64,000 nt of DNA, from positions 1 through 64,000 of the IMG/VR virus record IMGVR_UViG_3300025162_000041; one strand, 5' to 3'. The stretch comes from a virus. The first letter of the stretch is position 1, and every line of letters starts with the position of its first letter. Shown one piece after another: positions 30,660 through 39,508 of the stretch. The translations under genes and the position numbers were made by a program. A model generated the notes under the pieces. It saw only the letters and a program-made list of their open reading frames with translations. It searched no databases and was not told the DNA's origin.

Positions 30660-31898
30660 ATGATTATAGACATTAACATTCTTAAGAGACTCGGAGACCG
30701 TTTTGCTGTTTGTCCTGTTTCTTCTGCCCCTCCGCCACTTCAAGCTGCATTAAAGAAATCAGAAGCTATCTTTATCAAAGCCCCTGCAGGAGTTGAACCC
30801 TCAATTACTGGTGGTGAATACCAATGGGATGACGAAATTAGTGGTTATCGTTTTGGTAACAATCAAAAGCTCTTTGTGGCCCCCGATGGAACTACCATAT
30901 GGATATTTAAAGATGTTCTTCTTCGTATTCTTAAGCTTGACCGTGTTCAAAAATGGACTTCTGGAGATGCGGAATATCCAATGGGGAAAGCAAATGCCTT
31001 CTTTATTGTCTATGGAAAACTTACTGGACAGAATTTGGGTGAAGGCGAAACTGCGGGCGATGATGTTCCCGATGGCGAGACTGAACCAGGTGATGGTGGT
31101 GGATTAGCAGTTGCTGGTGACGAGAATGCCCCTCCATATTCAAAAGAAGAGGTTCAACAGATGTTGAAGGGGGAATTTCCTGCAGATATTCCTACGGGGC
31201 CAAAAGCATCAATGGCTACGTCAATTCCTGGCGAAGAACCTGTGGGTGAAGAACCCGTGGAACCTTTGGCTCCAATGTCTGGACCGTCCCCATCAAGATT
31301 GGCAAAAGGAAATACTCCGGTTAATACAGGAGGCGAAGCTGACAGAATTATTAGGACACTTAAGAAGATGTCACATGTTGATCCTGACGTTAAGATGAAT
31401 AAGCAACAACCAGTTCGTATACATGGCGATGAAATTATTAAGTTATGGCATAAAGCTAATTCAATGCCACCAGAGGAAGGTAAAATATTACATGCGTTCC
31501 TTACGAGTGGAGATATTTTACCTTTGGAAGAAGGAAAAATTAGTAAGCATCAACTTAAACGTCTAGTTGAAAGAATTGTTGAAGGAATTGTTAGTGAAGT
31601 GGAAAAATCCAAGAAAAAAAAGTGGACTGTAAAATTCCAAGGTAAAAAGGAAAACGAAGATATACAACTGGAGCAAACAACTACGTCTGGTGGTGTGGAT
31701 TCTTCTCCTGGCACTCCCGGTTACATTACTCCCGGGGCATTCGGTAAGAAGATGTCTCATCGAAAAGACCATATTGAAGTTCTCGGGTATAAGATGACTC
31801 CCCAAGGAGAAAAAGAATATAATAAGTCTGCCGATGCGCTTTATGAATCTATCAAAAAGCAAGTGAAGACGACGATTCTACATCATAAGCGCAAGTAA
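30660..31898 (+). CDS. Hypothetical (probable internal head) protein
   Basis: AAGGA RBS; LKRLVERIVEGIVSE and GYITPGAF motifs. Confidence 0.55.
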   Translation: MIIDINILKRLGDRFAVCPVSSAPPPLQAALKKSEAIFIKAPAGVEPSITGGEYQWDDEISGYRFGNNQKLFVAPDGTTIWIFKDVLLRILKLDRVQKWTSGDAEYPMGKANAFFIVYGKLTGQNLGEGETAGDDVPDGETEPGDGGGLAVAGDENAPPYSKEEVQQMLKGEFPADIPTGPKASMATSIPGEEPVGEEPVEPLAPMSGPSPSRLAKGNTPVNTGGEADRIIRTLKKMSHVDPDVKMNKQQPVRIHGDEIIKLWHKANSMPPEEGKILHAFLTSGDILPLEEGKISKHQLKRLVERIVEGIVSEVEKSKKKKWTVKFQGKKENEDIQLEQTTTSGGVDSSPGTPGYITPGAFGKKMSHRKDHIEVLGYKMTPQGEKEYNKSADALYESIKKQVKTTILHHKRK

Positions 31899-31911
31899 TA
31901 TAAGGAATTGT

Positions 31912-32790
31912 GTGATACCTTCTCTTAAACGAATTGTAGAGTCCTATGGAGCCGAGGGTCAGTATTATGACCTTGGTAAGGATTTTTCTGCATTTCGTAG
32001 AATGATTGATGGTGCTGATCAGCAAGTCAAGCAGCAATATGAGAAACAAATTGCGTCTAAACTTGTAGGGAAACGTGTTCGGGCAAATGCTTCGCGGGGG
32101 TATAAGCAGTTTATAAAAAGTTATGAGTTTGATGTTGTCCGAGTCACATTGGATGATTACTATGATAACTTTGTAGTAATAGCCTATGATAGTACGACTC
32201 CAAAACCAAAGGAATATTTTCTTAAGACGGGGTTCAAAATTCAGATTCTCGGACCTGCTACAGGGCAACCTTCTCCGCAAAAGGGAGGAGACCCTCGCTT
32301 CGAGAAGCCCAAACAGGTTGGTCCAATGCCCATTCAACCTGGACAGAATCCTAATGTAGCTCAATCACAGCCTATGGCATTAGCACCAGCGGGAGCAACT
32401 CCGAAAGAGACTCCGATGGAAGAAAATAAAGAGCAAGATGGACTTTATGATGCTTATGGAATGGATGAAATTTCTCAAGACATCAAAAGATGGATGCCAA
32501 AGCTGCTTAAGAAGCCAGAAACTCAACTACGTGAGTTTATTAAAGGGCTTGGATGGAAGAAGAATCTCGATAAAGGAACTACGGTGGCATTATTCGATTT
32601 AAGAATTCCTTCCATTATGGTTAAGCCTAACAATAATGAGCAAACCATTCGGGATATGCTTGCACAAGAGAGTGCGAACCCAAGGCCGGGGGAAAAGGCG
32701 GGAACACGGTATGAATTGGTTAAATGTGAACCCGACCAAGAAAAAGGCGAATGGACTGTTCGCATAAAGAAAGTAATCTCACAAGTATGA
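31912..32790 (+). CDS. Hypothetical head-cluster protein
   Basis: 292-aa ORF; stop overlaps the protease start (ATGA). Confidence 0.55.
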   Translation: MIPSLKRIVESYGAEGQYYDLGKDFSAFRRMIDGADQQVKQQYEKQIASKLVGKRVRANASRGYKQFIKSYEFDVVRVTLDDYYDNFVVIAYDSTTPKPKEYFLKTGFKIQILGPATGQPSPQKGGDPRFEKPKQVGPMPIQPGQNPNVAQSQPMALAPAGATPKETPMEENKEQDGLYDAYGMDEISQDIKRWMPKLLKKPETQLREFIKGLGWKKNLDKGTTVALFDLRIPSIMVKPNNNEQTIRDMLAQESANPRPGEKAGTRYELVKCEPDQEKGEWTVRIKKVISQV

Positions 32791-34526
32791 ATACACAAAA
32801 GAAACTCTTAATGGAATGCATTACGTTTGAAGCAAATCCACGAATGCTTCGAGAGTCAACATTGCATCCTAATCAGCCGTTTACGGTACAGGGGGTTCTG
32901 CAACGCAAAGGCAAAAAAAATCAAAACGGACGTATATATCCCGACGAGATTCTTATTCGTGAAGCCAATAAATATGCTCAGACGTTCATCCAAGACCATC
33001 GTGCTATGGGGGAATTAGATCATCCAGAATGTTATCGGGTTGGTGCAGAAATATTTACGAATAGTGGATGGAAAGATTTACGAAATGTGGTTGTTGGTGA
33101 GTTAATACCAACGTTGAATACGGTTACGAATACCATAGAATATAATCCAATTGAGCGAGTTATAAATGAACAATATAACGGTAAAATGGTATCTATTAAA
33201 GGAAAAAATATAGATATTCTAGTTACTCCAAATCATAGATTTATTCTACAAACTAGATCAGATAGAGAACAACAAGTTATAGAAAAAACTGCCCAAGAAA
33301 TATTGAACATTTCTAAATTAACAAGAAATACACATTTATCCATTCCTATCGTAGCGGAAAATTGGAATGGATATAAGTATGATATCTATAAAATAGATGC
33401 TATTAATATTGAGGACATTGCCAATAATCAATCAAAAGATTATAATATTAAACAAACCACGGCACTTAATTTAGATGCCTCAGCATGGTTTTCGTTTCTT
33501 GGATTTTATTTGGCAGAAGGACATTGTTCGGATAGAACAAATCGGAACGGTTATGAAATATTTATTACGCAAAATAAGGGAGAAATAGCAGATAAGTTTA
33601 GAGAAGTATTGCATAATTTGAGTTCCGAATTAAAATGGAATGAGTGGGATAAAGGTGATAATGCAATTACGTTTAATACTTCTGATGCCCGTTTATGGAC
33701 ATATCTTTCCAAATTGGGAACTAAATATACTAAATATATTCCGCAAGATATAAAGAATGCTTCGTCTGAGTTATTGCAAAATTTGTATGATTGGTTTCTT
33801 AATGGAGATGGTTCAGTGGTCGGAGATTATGAAAGGACATCTATATTTTCTGTATCTAAAAAACTGATGGAAGATTTTTATGATGTTATCCTTAAACTCG
33901 GAATGACAGGTGTTATTAAAGAACAAATAACAACTGATGATTATATGTTTGCGGGACGATTGATTGAGGCAAAAAATAAATCTCCATTATATCGTTTATG
34001 GATTAAAGAATCAAAAGCAATTCATCTTGATTTCAGGTTTATAAAAATCGAAGAAGTGGATTATGATAGCACTGTTCATTGTGTTACTGTAAAAAATGGA
34101 ACATTTTATTGTCGGGATCATGGATTCCCTTTCTGGTCTGGAAATTCATCGGTTGTCAACCTGAAGAATGTATCCCATAATGTGCTCGAAATGCATTGGA
34201 ATGGCGATGATCTTATGGGAACTATTGAAATTCTTACGACTCCGAATGGCAACATTTTGCGTGAGCTATTTCGCAATGGTATTAAGCTTGGAATTTCAAG
34301 TCGTGGACTTGGAACACTCAAGAAAATTTCTGAAAGTTCAGCCGTTGTTGGTGATGATTTTGAATTGATTGCGTTTGATTTTGTCTCAAATCCGAGCACT
34401 CAAGGAGCATTTATGTCTCCCGTAGGTCAAATTCCACTTTCCGAGGGTATTGTAAAAGACATGTTTACGGGGAAGTGGGCACGAACCGATGATATAGTAA
34501 GAAATATCTTGTCCGAATTAAATTGA
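32787..34526 (+). CDS. Prohead core protease (gp21-like) with one intein
   Basis: KNQNGRIYP, GELDHP, VSH, TPNG, GISSRGLG, FDFVSNPS; start at ATG 32787. Confidence 0.93.
   Translation: MNTQKKLLMECITFEANPRMLRESTLHPNQPFTVQGVLQRKGKKNQNGRIYPDEILIREANKYAQTFIQDHRAMGELDHPECYRVGAEIFTNSGWKDLRNVVVGELIPTLNTVTNTIEYNPIERVINEQYNGKMVSIKGKNIDILVTPNHRFILQTRSDREQQVIEKTAQEILNISKLTRNTHLSIPIVAENWNGYKYDIYKIDAINIEDIANNQSKDYNIKQTTALNLDASAWFSFLGFYLAEGHCSDRTNRNGYEIFITQNKGEIADKFREVLHNLSSELKWNEWDKGDNAITFNTSDARLWTYLSKLGTKYTKYIPQDIKNASSELLQNLYDWFLNGDGSVVGDYERTSIFSVSKKLMEDFYDVILKLGMTGVIKEQITTDDYMFAGRLIEAKNKSPLYRLWIKESKAIHLDFRFIKIEEVDYDSTVHCVTVKNGTFYCRDHGFPFWSGNSSVVNLKNVSHNVLEMHWNGDDLMGTIEILTTPNGNILRELFRNGIKLGISSRGLGTLKKISESSAVVGDDFELIAFDFVSNPSTQGAFMSPVGQIPLSEGIVKDMFTGKWARTDDIVRNILSELN
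33030..34145 (+). mobile_element. Intein with LAGLIDADG endonuclease (372 aa) in prohead protease
   Basis: LDHPE|CYRVGAE...VTPNH...GFYLAEG...WFLNGDG...FWSGN|SSVV. Confidence 0.92.
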
Positions 34527-34572
34527 CATTTTGACTTTGTTGCGATATAGTATAAGCAATAAAGTCAAAATT

Positions 34573-36273
34573 ATGGATATAGAAAATTTAAAGCAATGGA
34601 TAGCAAATAATTTACAATATTCGCGTGGATTAATTTGTAAAAAGTGTAAGCGAGAATGGTTTGAGAAATATGGATTTATAGATCAGTGGGATCGGATTCA
34701 TGTTGCTACACAATTTCTAGATAATCTTTTGCCGACCTTTCCTCAGAGGGTATGGCACATTGTAAATGACAGTCTAACAGTTAAATGCAACAATCCTTCC
34801 TGTCAAAATACGCCACAATTTTGGTCATTTAATGTTGGATATCTTCGGACATGTTCTAATTCGTGTGCTCAATATGACCCCAATACTATTAACAAAATAC
34901 AGGCAACTAATCTCAAAAAATATGGGTGCAAATATGGATTGGAGAACAGAGATATTATATTGAAGCGGGAAGTTACTATGGGTAAAAAATATGGAGTAGA
35001 GAATATTTCTCAAGTCGATGGAATATCCGAAAAAAAACAAGAGACTTGTTTAAAGAATTATGGATCGAAATGGTTTTTAGAAAGAAGTGATTTAATTAAA
35101 AAATGCATTAATAATAAATATGGAGTGGATAATGTACAACAAGTAACGGAAATAGCAGATAAATCTTCCTGTACAAAAATGGATAATTTTTATGAGTTAT
35201 TATTGGAATCGACTCGGTTTGAAGGGAAGGTAACTCCATCTTTTTCGAAAGAAGAATACAATGGAACTTGCAGAAAATATAAATTTATATGTAATGTATG
35301 TAAATTGGAATTTGAGTATGAGTTGCGATGGGACAGGATTCCTCGGTGTCCAGTATGTTATAAAAGTTCATCAGTCTTTGAAAAAGATGTAAGCGAATAT
35401 GTAAAATCAATTTTGCCAACCGCAAGTGTTATAGAGAATACAAAGTCAGTGTTAGCAAACAATTATGAATTGGATATCTATATTCCGTCTAAAAATATTG
35501 CTATAGAATGTAACGGATTATTTTGGCATGGAGAGGTTGGTGGGAACAAGAATAAGAATTATCATTTGTTAAAAACAATAGAATGTGAATCTAAAGGAAT
35601 ACATTTAATTCATATATTTGAAGACGAATGGAACAATAAAAATCTTATTATAAAAGAAAAATTGAAATATATAATTGGAAATATTAAACCCATCTCGGTT
35701 TATGCGCGAAAATGTAAAATTATAAATGTATTTATTTCTGATAAAAAAGAATTTCTAAACCAAAATCATATACAGGGAAATGATACTTCCAAAATACATA
35801 TAGGATTGGAATGGGAAAGCAAGTTGGTATCGGTAATGACATTTTCGTCTAAGCGATGTTTTATTGGATATAAGAATAAAACTAAGAACGATGAAGAATT
35901 TGAATTGTGTAGATATACATCATTGAGTGGACATAGTGTAATAGGAGGGGCGTCAAAATTACTATCATATTTTATAAAAACGTATTGTCCCAAGAAAATA
36001 ATATCATATGCCGATAGAAGATGGACATATAGCAAAGACAATTTATATGAGAAAATAGGATTCGAGAAGGTATCGGACGGGACTCCTAATTATTGGTATT
36101 TCGGACGGGATGGAAATTATAGACGACTTCATAGATTTGGATTTAGAAAGAATGTTCTTTCCAAGAGGTTGGCGATATTTGATTCTAATCTGACAGAATG
36201 GGAAAATATGCAATTGAATGGATGGGATAGAATATGGGATTGCGGAAGTTTAAAATACGAAATGGCTGTTTAG
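34573..36273 (+). CDS. Hef-like putative homing endonuclease, paralog 1
   Basis: KKYG repeats, Zn ribbon, ELDIYIP..IAIECNGLFWH, IHIFEDEW, ISYADRRW, EWENMQLNGWDRIWDCG. Confidence 0.75.
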   Translation: MDIENLKQWIANNLQYSRGLICKKCKREWFEKYGFIDQWDRIHVATQFLDNLLPTFPQRVWHIVNDSLTVKCNNPSCQNTPQFWSFNVGYLRTCSNSCAQYDPNTINKIQATNLKKYGCKYGLENRDIILKREVTMGKKYGVENISQVDGISEKKQETCLKNYGSKWFLERSDLIKKCINNKYGVDNVQQVTEIADKSSCTKMDNFYELLLESTRFEGKVTPSFSKEEYNGTCRKYKFICNVCKLEFEYELRWDRIPRCPVCYKSSSVFEKDVSEYVKSILPTASVIENTKSVLANNYELDIYIPSKNIAIECNGLFWHGEVGGNKNKNYHLLKTIECESKGIHLIHIFEDEWNNKNLIIKEKLKYIIGNIKPISVYARKCKIINVFISDKKEFLNQNHIQGNDTSKIHIGLEWESKLVSVMTFSSKRCFIGYKNKTKNDEEFELCRYTSLSGHSVIGGASKLLSYFIKTYCPKKIISYADRRWTYSKDNLYEKIGFEKVSDGTPNYWYFGRDGNYRRLHRFGFRKNVLSKRLAIFDSNLTEWENMQLNGWDRIWDCGSLKYEMAV

Positions 36274-36284
36274 AGCATATTTAT

Positions 36285-36573
36285 CTTTTAGGGAGCAGAA
36301 AACTCCTTGGTCTTCAGCCAAGGAGATGAATGCGACCCACAAATATAATTAGCTGACTTCTTCTGTGTCATAATATATATTGGTAATATGATTGAATAAG
36401 AGACGATAACCAAGTCTCACAACACAATCGAAAAATAATTTTCTGGTTAAGAAACCAGATAACGGTCGGAACGACCGTATAAGCCGTCTGTCTTGACATA
36501 AGACTTTGTTAGAAATAACGAAGCAGTTGATTGGGTCGGAAACACCTACGTCTTTAGCGTAGGGGTAGTTCAT
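36285..36573 (+). mobile_element. ORF-less IS605 derivative (ends plus putative omegaRNA), 289 bp
   Basis: Target TTAT 36281-36284, guide AAAA 36299-36302, hairpin 36303-36325; internal GGTCGGAACGACC stem; right guide GAAA 36539, hairpin, terminal TCAT 36570-36573. Confidence 0.85.
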
Positions 36574-36580
36574 ATCCATA

Positions 36581-37408
36581 ATGAATAATATCAAAACATT
36601 TCTGAAACAATGCATTGCAGAAGTATTGGTTGAGCCAGCAAAGCAATTCAATCGTCTGCAAGGAAAGAAAATGCGTTCACTGATAAAGCAGTGTATCGCA
36701 GAAGTTATAATTGAGCCTGTTTCACGTAAGATGAAGGTATATGGAAATCCTAAGCGTCTTCAAATGGCTCACTTAATTAAAGAATGCGTAATGGAGGTTT
36801 TGAAAGAAAACCTATTGTCCGAAATTTTCGATCCTCAATCTCAAGGTCCAAATATGGTGGAAGAAAATCCGTATCCAGCGATGAATGCCAAGATGCGGAT
36901 GATGGACGAGCAAGAAAATAAGCCCAAAGAAGATGCGTGGACAAGATATGAAAAAGGATATGATGCTGGTCAAGTCCATAAGAGAAGTGGTATAAAGCCA
37001 GAAGGTCCGATGGATTCCGTAACTTCGGTTGGTTATCATGATGCACTCAAAGGAAAGGCTAAATCTTCTCCCGAAGTTGTTCGAAAGACTATTAAAGAAA
37101 CCGAACCCCAGGGGCGTTACTCCAAACAAATAGGGGTAACTCCATCTCAGTCTTCTAGCGATACAAATATTGCGGAATATGAAAACTATCTCAAGGAAGC
37201 AAGTCGTACACAATCTACCAGTATTCATTGGACTTGTCCGCATTGTGGAAAATTGACTAATATTGATGTTGAAATTGAATCTTCCTCTGATTATATTGCT
37301 TGTGCCGACTGTGAGCATTGCGGCAAAGAAATCAATAGTCCAAAGTTAGATCAACAAATTTATAAAACCGTTGTCGATCATTGTTCTAGTCAACAACCCC
37401 TACCCTAA
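36581..37408 (+). CDS. Hypothetical protein with triple N-terminal repeat and C-terminal Zn ribbon
   Basis: LKQCIAEV / IKQCIAEV / IKECVMEV; CPHC...CEHC. Confidence 0.6.
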   Translation: MNNIKTFLKQCIAEVLVEPAKQFNRLQGKKMRSLIKQCIAEVIIEPVSRKMKVYGNPKRLQMAHLIKECVMEVLKENLLSEIFDPQSQGPNMVEENPYPAMNAKMRMMDEQENKPKEDAWTRYEKGYDAGQVHKRSGIKPEGPMDSVTSVGYHDALKGKAKSSPEVVRKTIKETEPQGRYSKQIGVTPSQSSSDTNIAEYENYLKEASRTQSTSIHWTCPHCGKLTNIDVEIESSSDYIACADCEHCGKEINSPKLDQQIYKTVVDHCSSQQPLP

Positions 37409-37423
37409 AGGGATAGGGGCTTG
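37389..37423 (-). mobile_element. Solo IS605 right end
   Basis: Minus strand CAAG-CCCCTATCCCTTTAGGGTAGGGG-TTGT-TGAC; hairpin identical to 20263-20285. Confidence 0.75.
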
Positions 37424-37505
37424 TAATACTTCTCTACTAAAGGCAGGATGCAATTATTTGATACTTGACTTCGTATCCACCTGTGTTATATTGGTGGCGA
37501 AAATC

Positions 37506-38672
37506 ATGGAATGGTTACATAAAAATCTTGTATATTTGACCGTGCATGGTAGTCGTGCATATGGTATGGCGAACGATATGTCTGATTTAGACGTTAAAGG
37601 TATTGTCGTCCCACCAAGGGAGGTCGAATATCATCTTTATAACAGGTTTGAGCAAGCCGAAAATAATGAGGAAATTAACGCTATAGTTTCTCACATGGCA
37701 AATCCAAAAAATCCAAAAATTGAAGGAACCGTGTATTCCCTTCGAAAATTTTTTGTGCTTGCAGCGGAAGTAAATCCGAATATCATAGAATTGTTATTTA
37801 CAGATGAATCCGACCATATTGTAATGGCTCCTACGATGAAGCAATTGATAAACCACCGGGAGTTATTTTTATCGAACAAAGCTCGTTATACTTTCAGTGG
37901 TTACAGTGCGGCGCAACTTAAAAAAATAGAACGACATCGTAAATGGATTATTCTCGGCGAAGTTCTGCCTCCTAAGCGTGAAGATTTTGGTCTGCCACCA
38001 ATCCCCGAAAAGGGATTGGACGAGGTATTCGGGCACATCAAGTCCGTGGTCGAGTCGTGGAACCTTAATCAGTTCCTACTCGGAGAAATGGACCGTGCCG
38101 AACTCAAGAACGTTATTTGGGAACTGATGTCAAATGTGACCGAGAAAGAAATCTCGGTTTCCAATTGGCCTGACATTTATGCCGAGGCAGTCATACATAA
38201 AATGGCGAAAGAGTTCAATCTTAAAGATGAACTCGTTAAGTATATCTATGCCGAACGGTCCTACACGAAAGTAAAGCAAGTATATGATAGTTGGATTCTG
38301 TGGAAAAAAGAAAGAAATCCCGCACGAAGAGAGTTGGAAATAAAATCTGGGTATGACACAAAACACGCAGCAATGTTGGTTCGACTTCTACGAGTCGGGT
38401 ATGAAATTCTTACAACCGGAAAAGTTATTGTCAACCGACATGGACTTGACGCCGATGAACTACTTGCCGTTAAAAATGGTGCGTGGTCCTTCGAGAAAGT
38501 CATGGAATTCAAGGACGAGATGGAAGGCAAATTAGAGGCTGAGTATCTTCGTCAGAAGAAACTCATTGCCGAAGGCAAGCCTACGCCTATCCCTCGTGAG
38601 GTGAATAAGGTAAAGTTGAATGAGTTATATCATCAACTCTACAATGAATATTGGAATAATCAAGAAAAATGA
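37506..38672 (+). CDS. Nucleotidyltransferase (Pol-beta fold, T4 NrdC.11/YcgL-like)
   Basis: HGSRAYG..ND.SDLDVKG, NPNIIELL, GYDTKHA..LVRLL; TTGACT-type promoter upstream. Confidence 0.8.
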   Translation: MEWLHKNLVYLTVHGSRAYGMANDMSDLDVKGIVVPPREVEYHLYNRFEQAENNEEINAIVSHMANPKNPKIEGTVYSLRKFFVLAAEVNPNIIELLFTDESDHIVMAPTMKQLINHRELFLSNKARYTFSGYSAAQLKKIERHRKWIILGEVLPPKREDFGLPPIPEKGLDEVFGHIKSVVESWNLNQFLLGEMDRAELKNVIWELMSNVTEKEISVSNWPDIYAEAVIHKMAKEFNLKDELVKYIYAERSYTKVKQVYDSWILWKKERNPARRELEIKSGYDTKHAAMLVRLLRVGYEILTTGKVIVNRHGLDADELLAVKNGAWSFEKVMEFKDEMEGKLEAEYLRQKKLIAEGKPTPIPREVNKVKLNELYHQLYNEYWNNQEK

Positions 38673-38676
38673 TTTT

Positions 38677-39504
38677 ATGATCGGAGCCATTCTTGGGGAT
38701 ATTATCGGTTCACCTTATGAGGGAGGACATAGAACTTCTGTAACTACGACTGAATTTCCATTGTTCAGTCCTAATTCTAGATTCACAGATGATAGTGTTT
38801 TAACTTGCGCCACAGCACAGGCACTAATGCATCCATCATTCTTGCCATTTTCCCGTCGTTTTGCACAGCAATACAAACAGTGGGGAATGCGCTATTCTGA
38901 TAGAGGATATGGCAGCAAATTCAAAGAATGGATGGCCAATCCGAAATTTTCCGTAGTTAATAGCTATGCGAATGGTTGTATGATGCGATGTAGTCCAATT
39001 CCAATGATGTATGATAGAATAACTTCATTGAAGAGAGCATTGCAAAGTATTGCTTATACTCATGCGTCCCCCGAATCTGCTCGTGGAGTTCAGTCTATTG
39101 TCGAAGCTATTTGGATGGCTAGGAACGGATCAAGTAAACACGAAATTAAAGCCCGAGTCCAAGAACAATACGGGCATATGCTTAATCTTACATTGAAAGA
39201 ATTAAGAGCCAAGTGGTCACGGGATATTCGTTGCAATCTTACTGCTCCACAGGCATTAATATGCTTTATGGAATCCGACAATTATGAGTCAGCAGTCCGA
39301 AATGCCGTCTATACATTGGGAGATACTGATACTGTCGCCGCCATTGCAGGGTCAATTGCCGAGGCGTTCTATGGAGTTCAAACTATTCCTTTCTCCATGA
39401 TTGACGAGGCGAAAATTCGTCTTACACCAGAGATGATTGAAACTGTCAATGCATTTTACAGTAAGTGCGGAGCGGATAAATTCGGGACAATCTTTACGTT
39501 GTGA
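38677..39504 (+). CDS. ADP-ribosylglycohydrolase (DraG/ARH family)
   Basis: GAILGDIIGSPYE, FTDDS, NGCMMR, TH, GDTDTVAAIAGSIAEA. Confidence 0.9.
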   Translation: MIGAILGDIIGSPYEGGHRTSVTTTEFPLFSPNSRFTDDSVLTCATAQALMHPSFLPFSRRFAQQYKQWGMRYSDRGYGSKFKEWMANPKFSVVNSYANGCMMRCSPIPMMYDRITSLKRALQSIAYTHASPESARGVQSIVEAIWMARNGSSKHEIKARVQEQYGHMLNLTLKELRAKWSRDIRCNLTAPQALICFMESDNYESAVRNAVYTLGDTDTVAAIAGSIAEAFYGVQTIPFSMIDEAKIRLTPEMIETVNAFYSKCGADKFGTIFTL

Positions 39505-39508
39505 AAAG

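Noticed and set aside
36349-36651. 100-aa minus-strand ORF across the 289-bp element
   Set aside because: No recognisable motifs; it lies antisense to the putative omegaRNA and crosses the element boundary.
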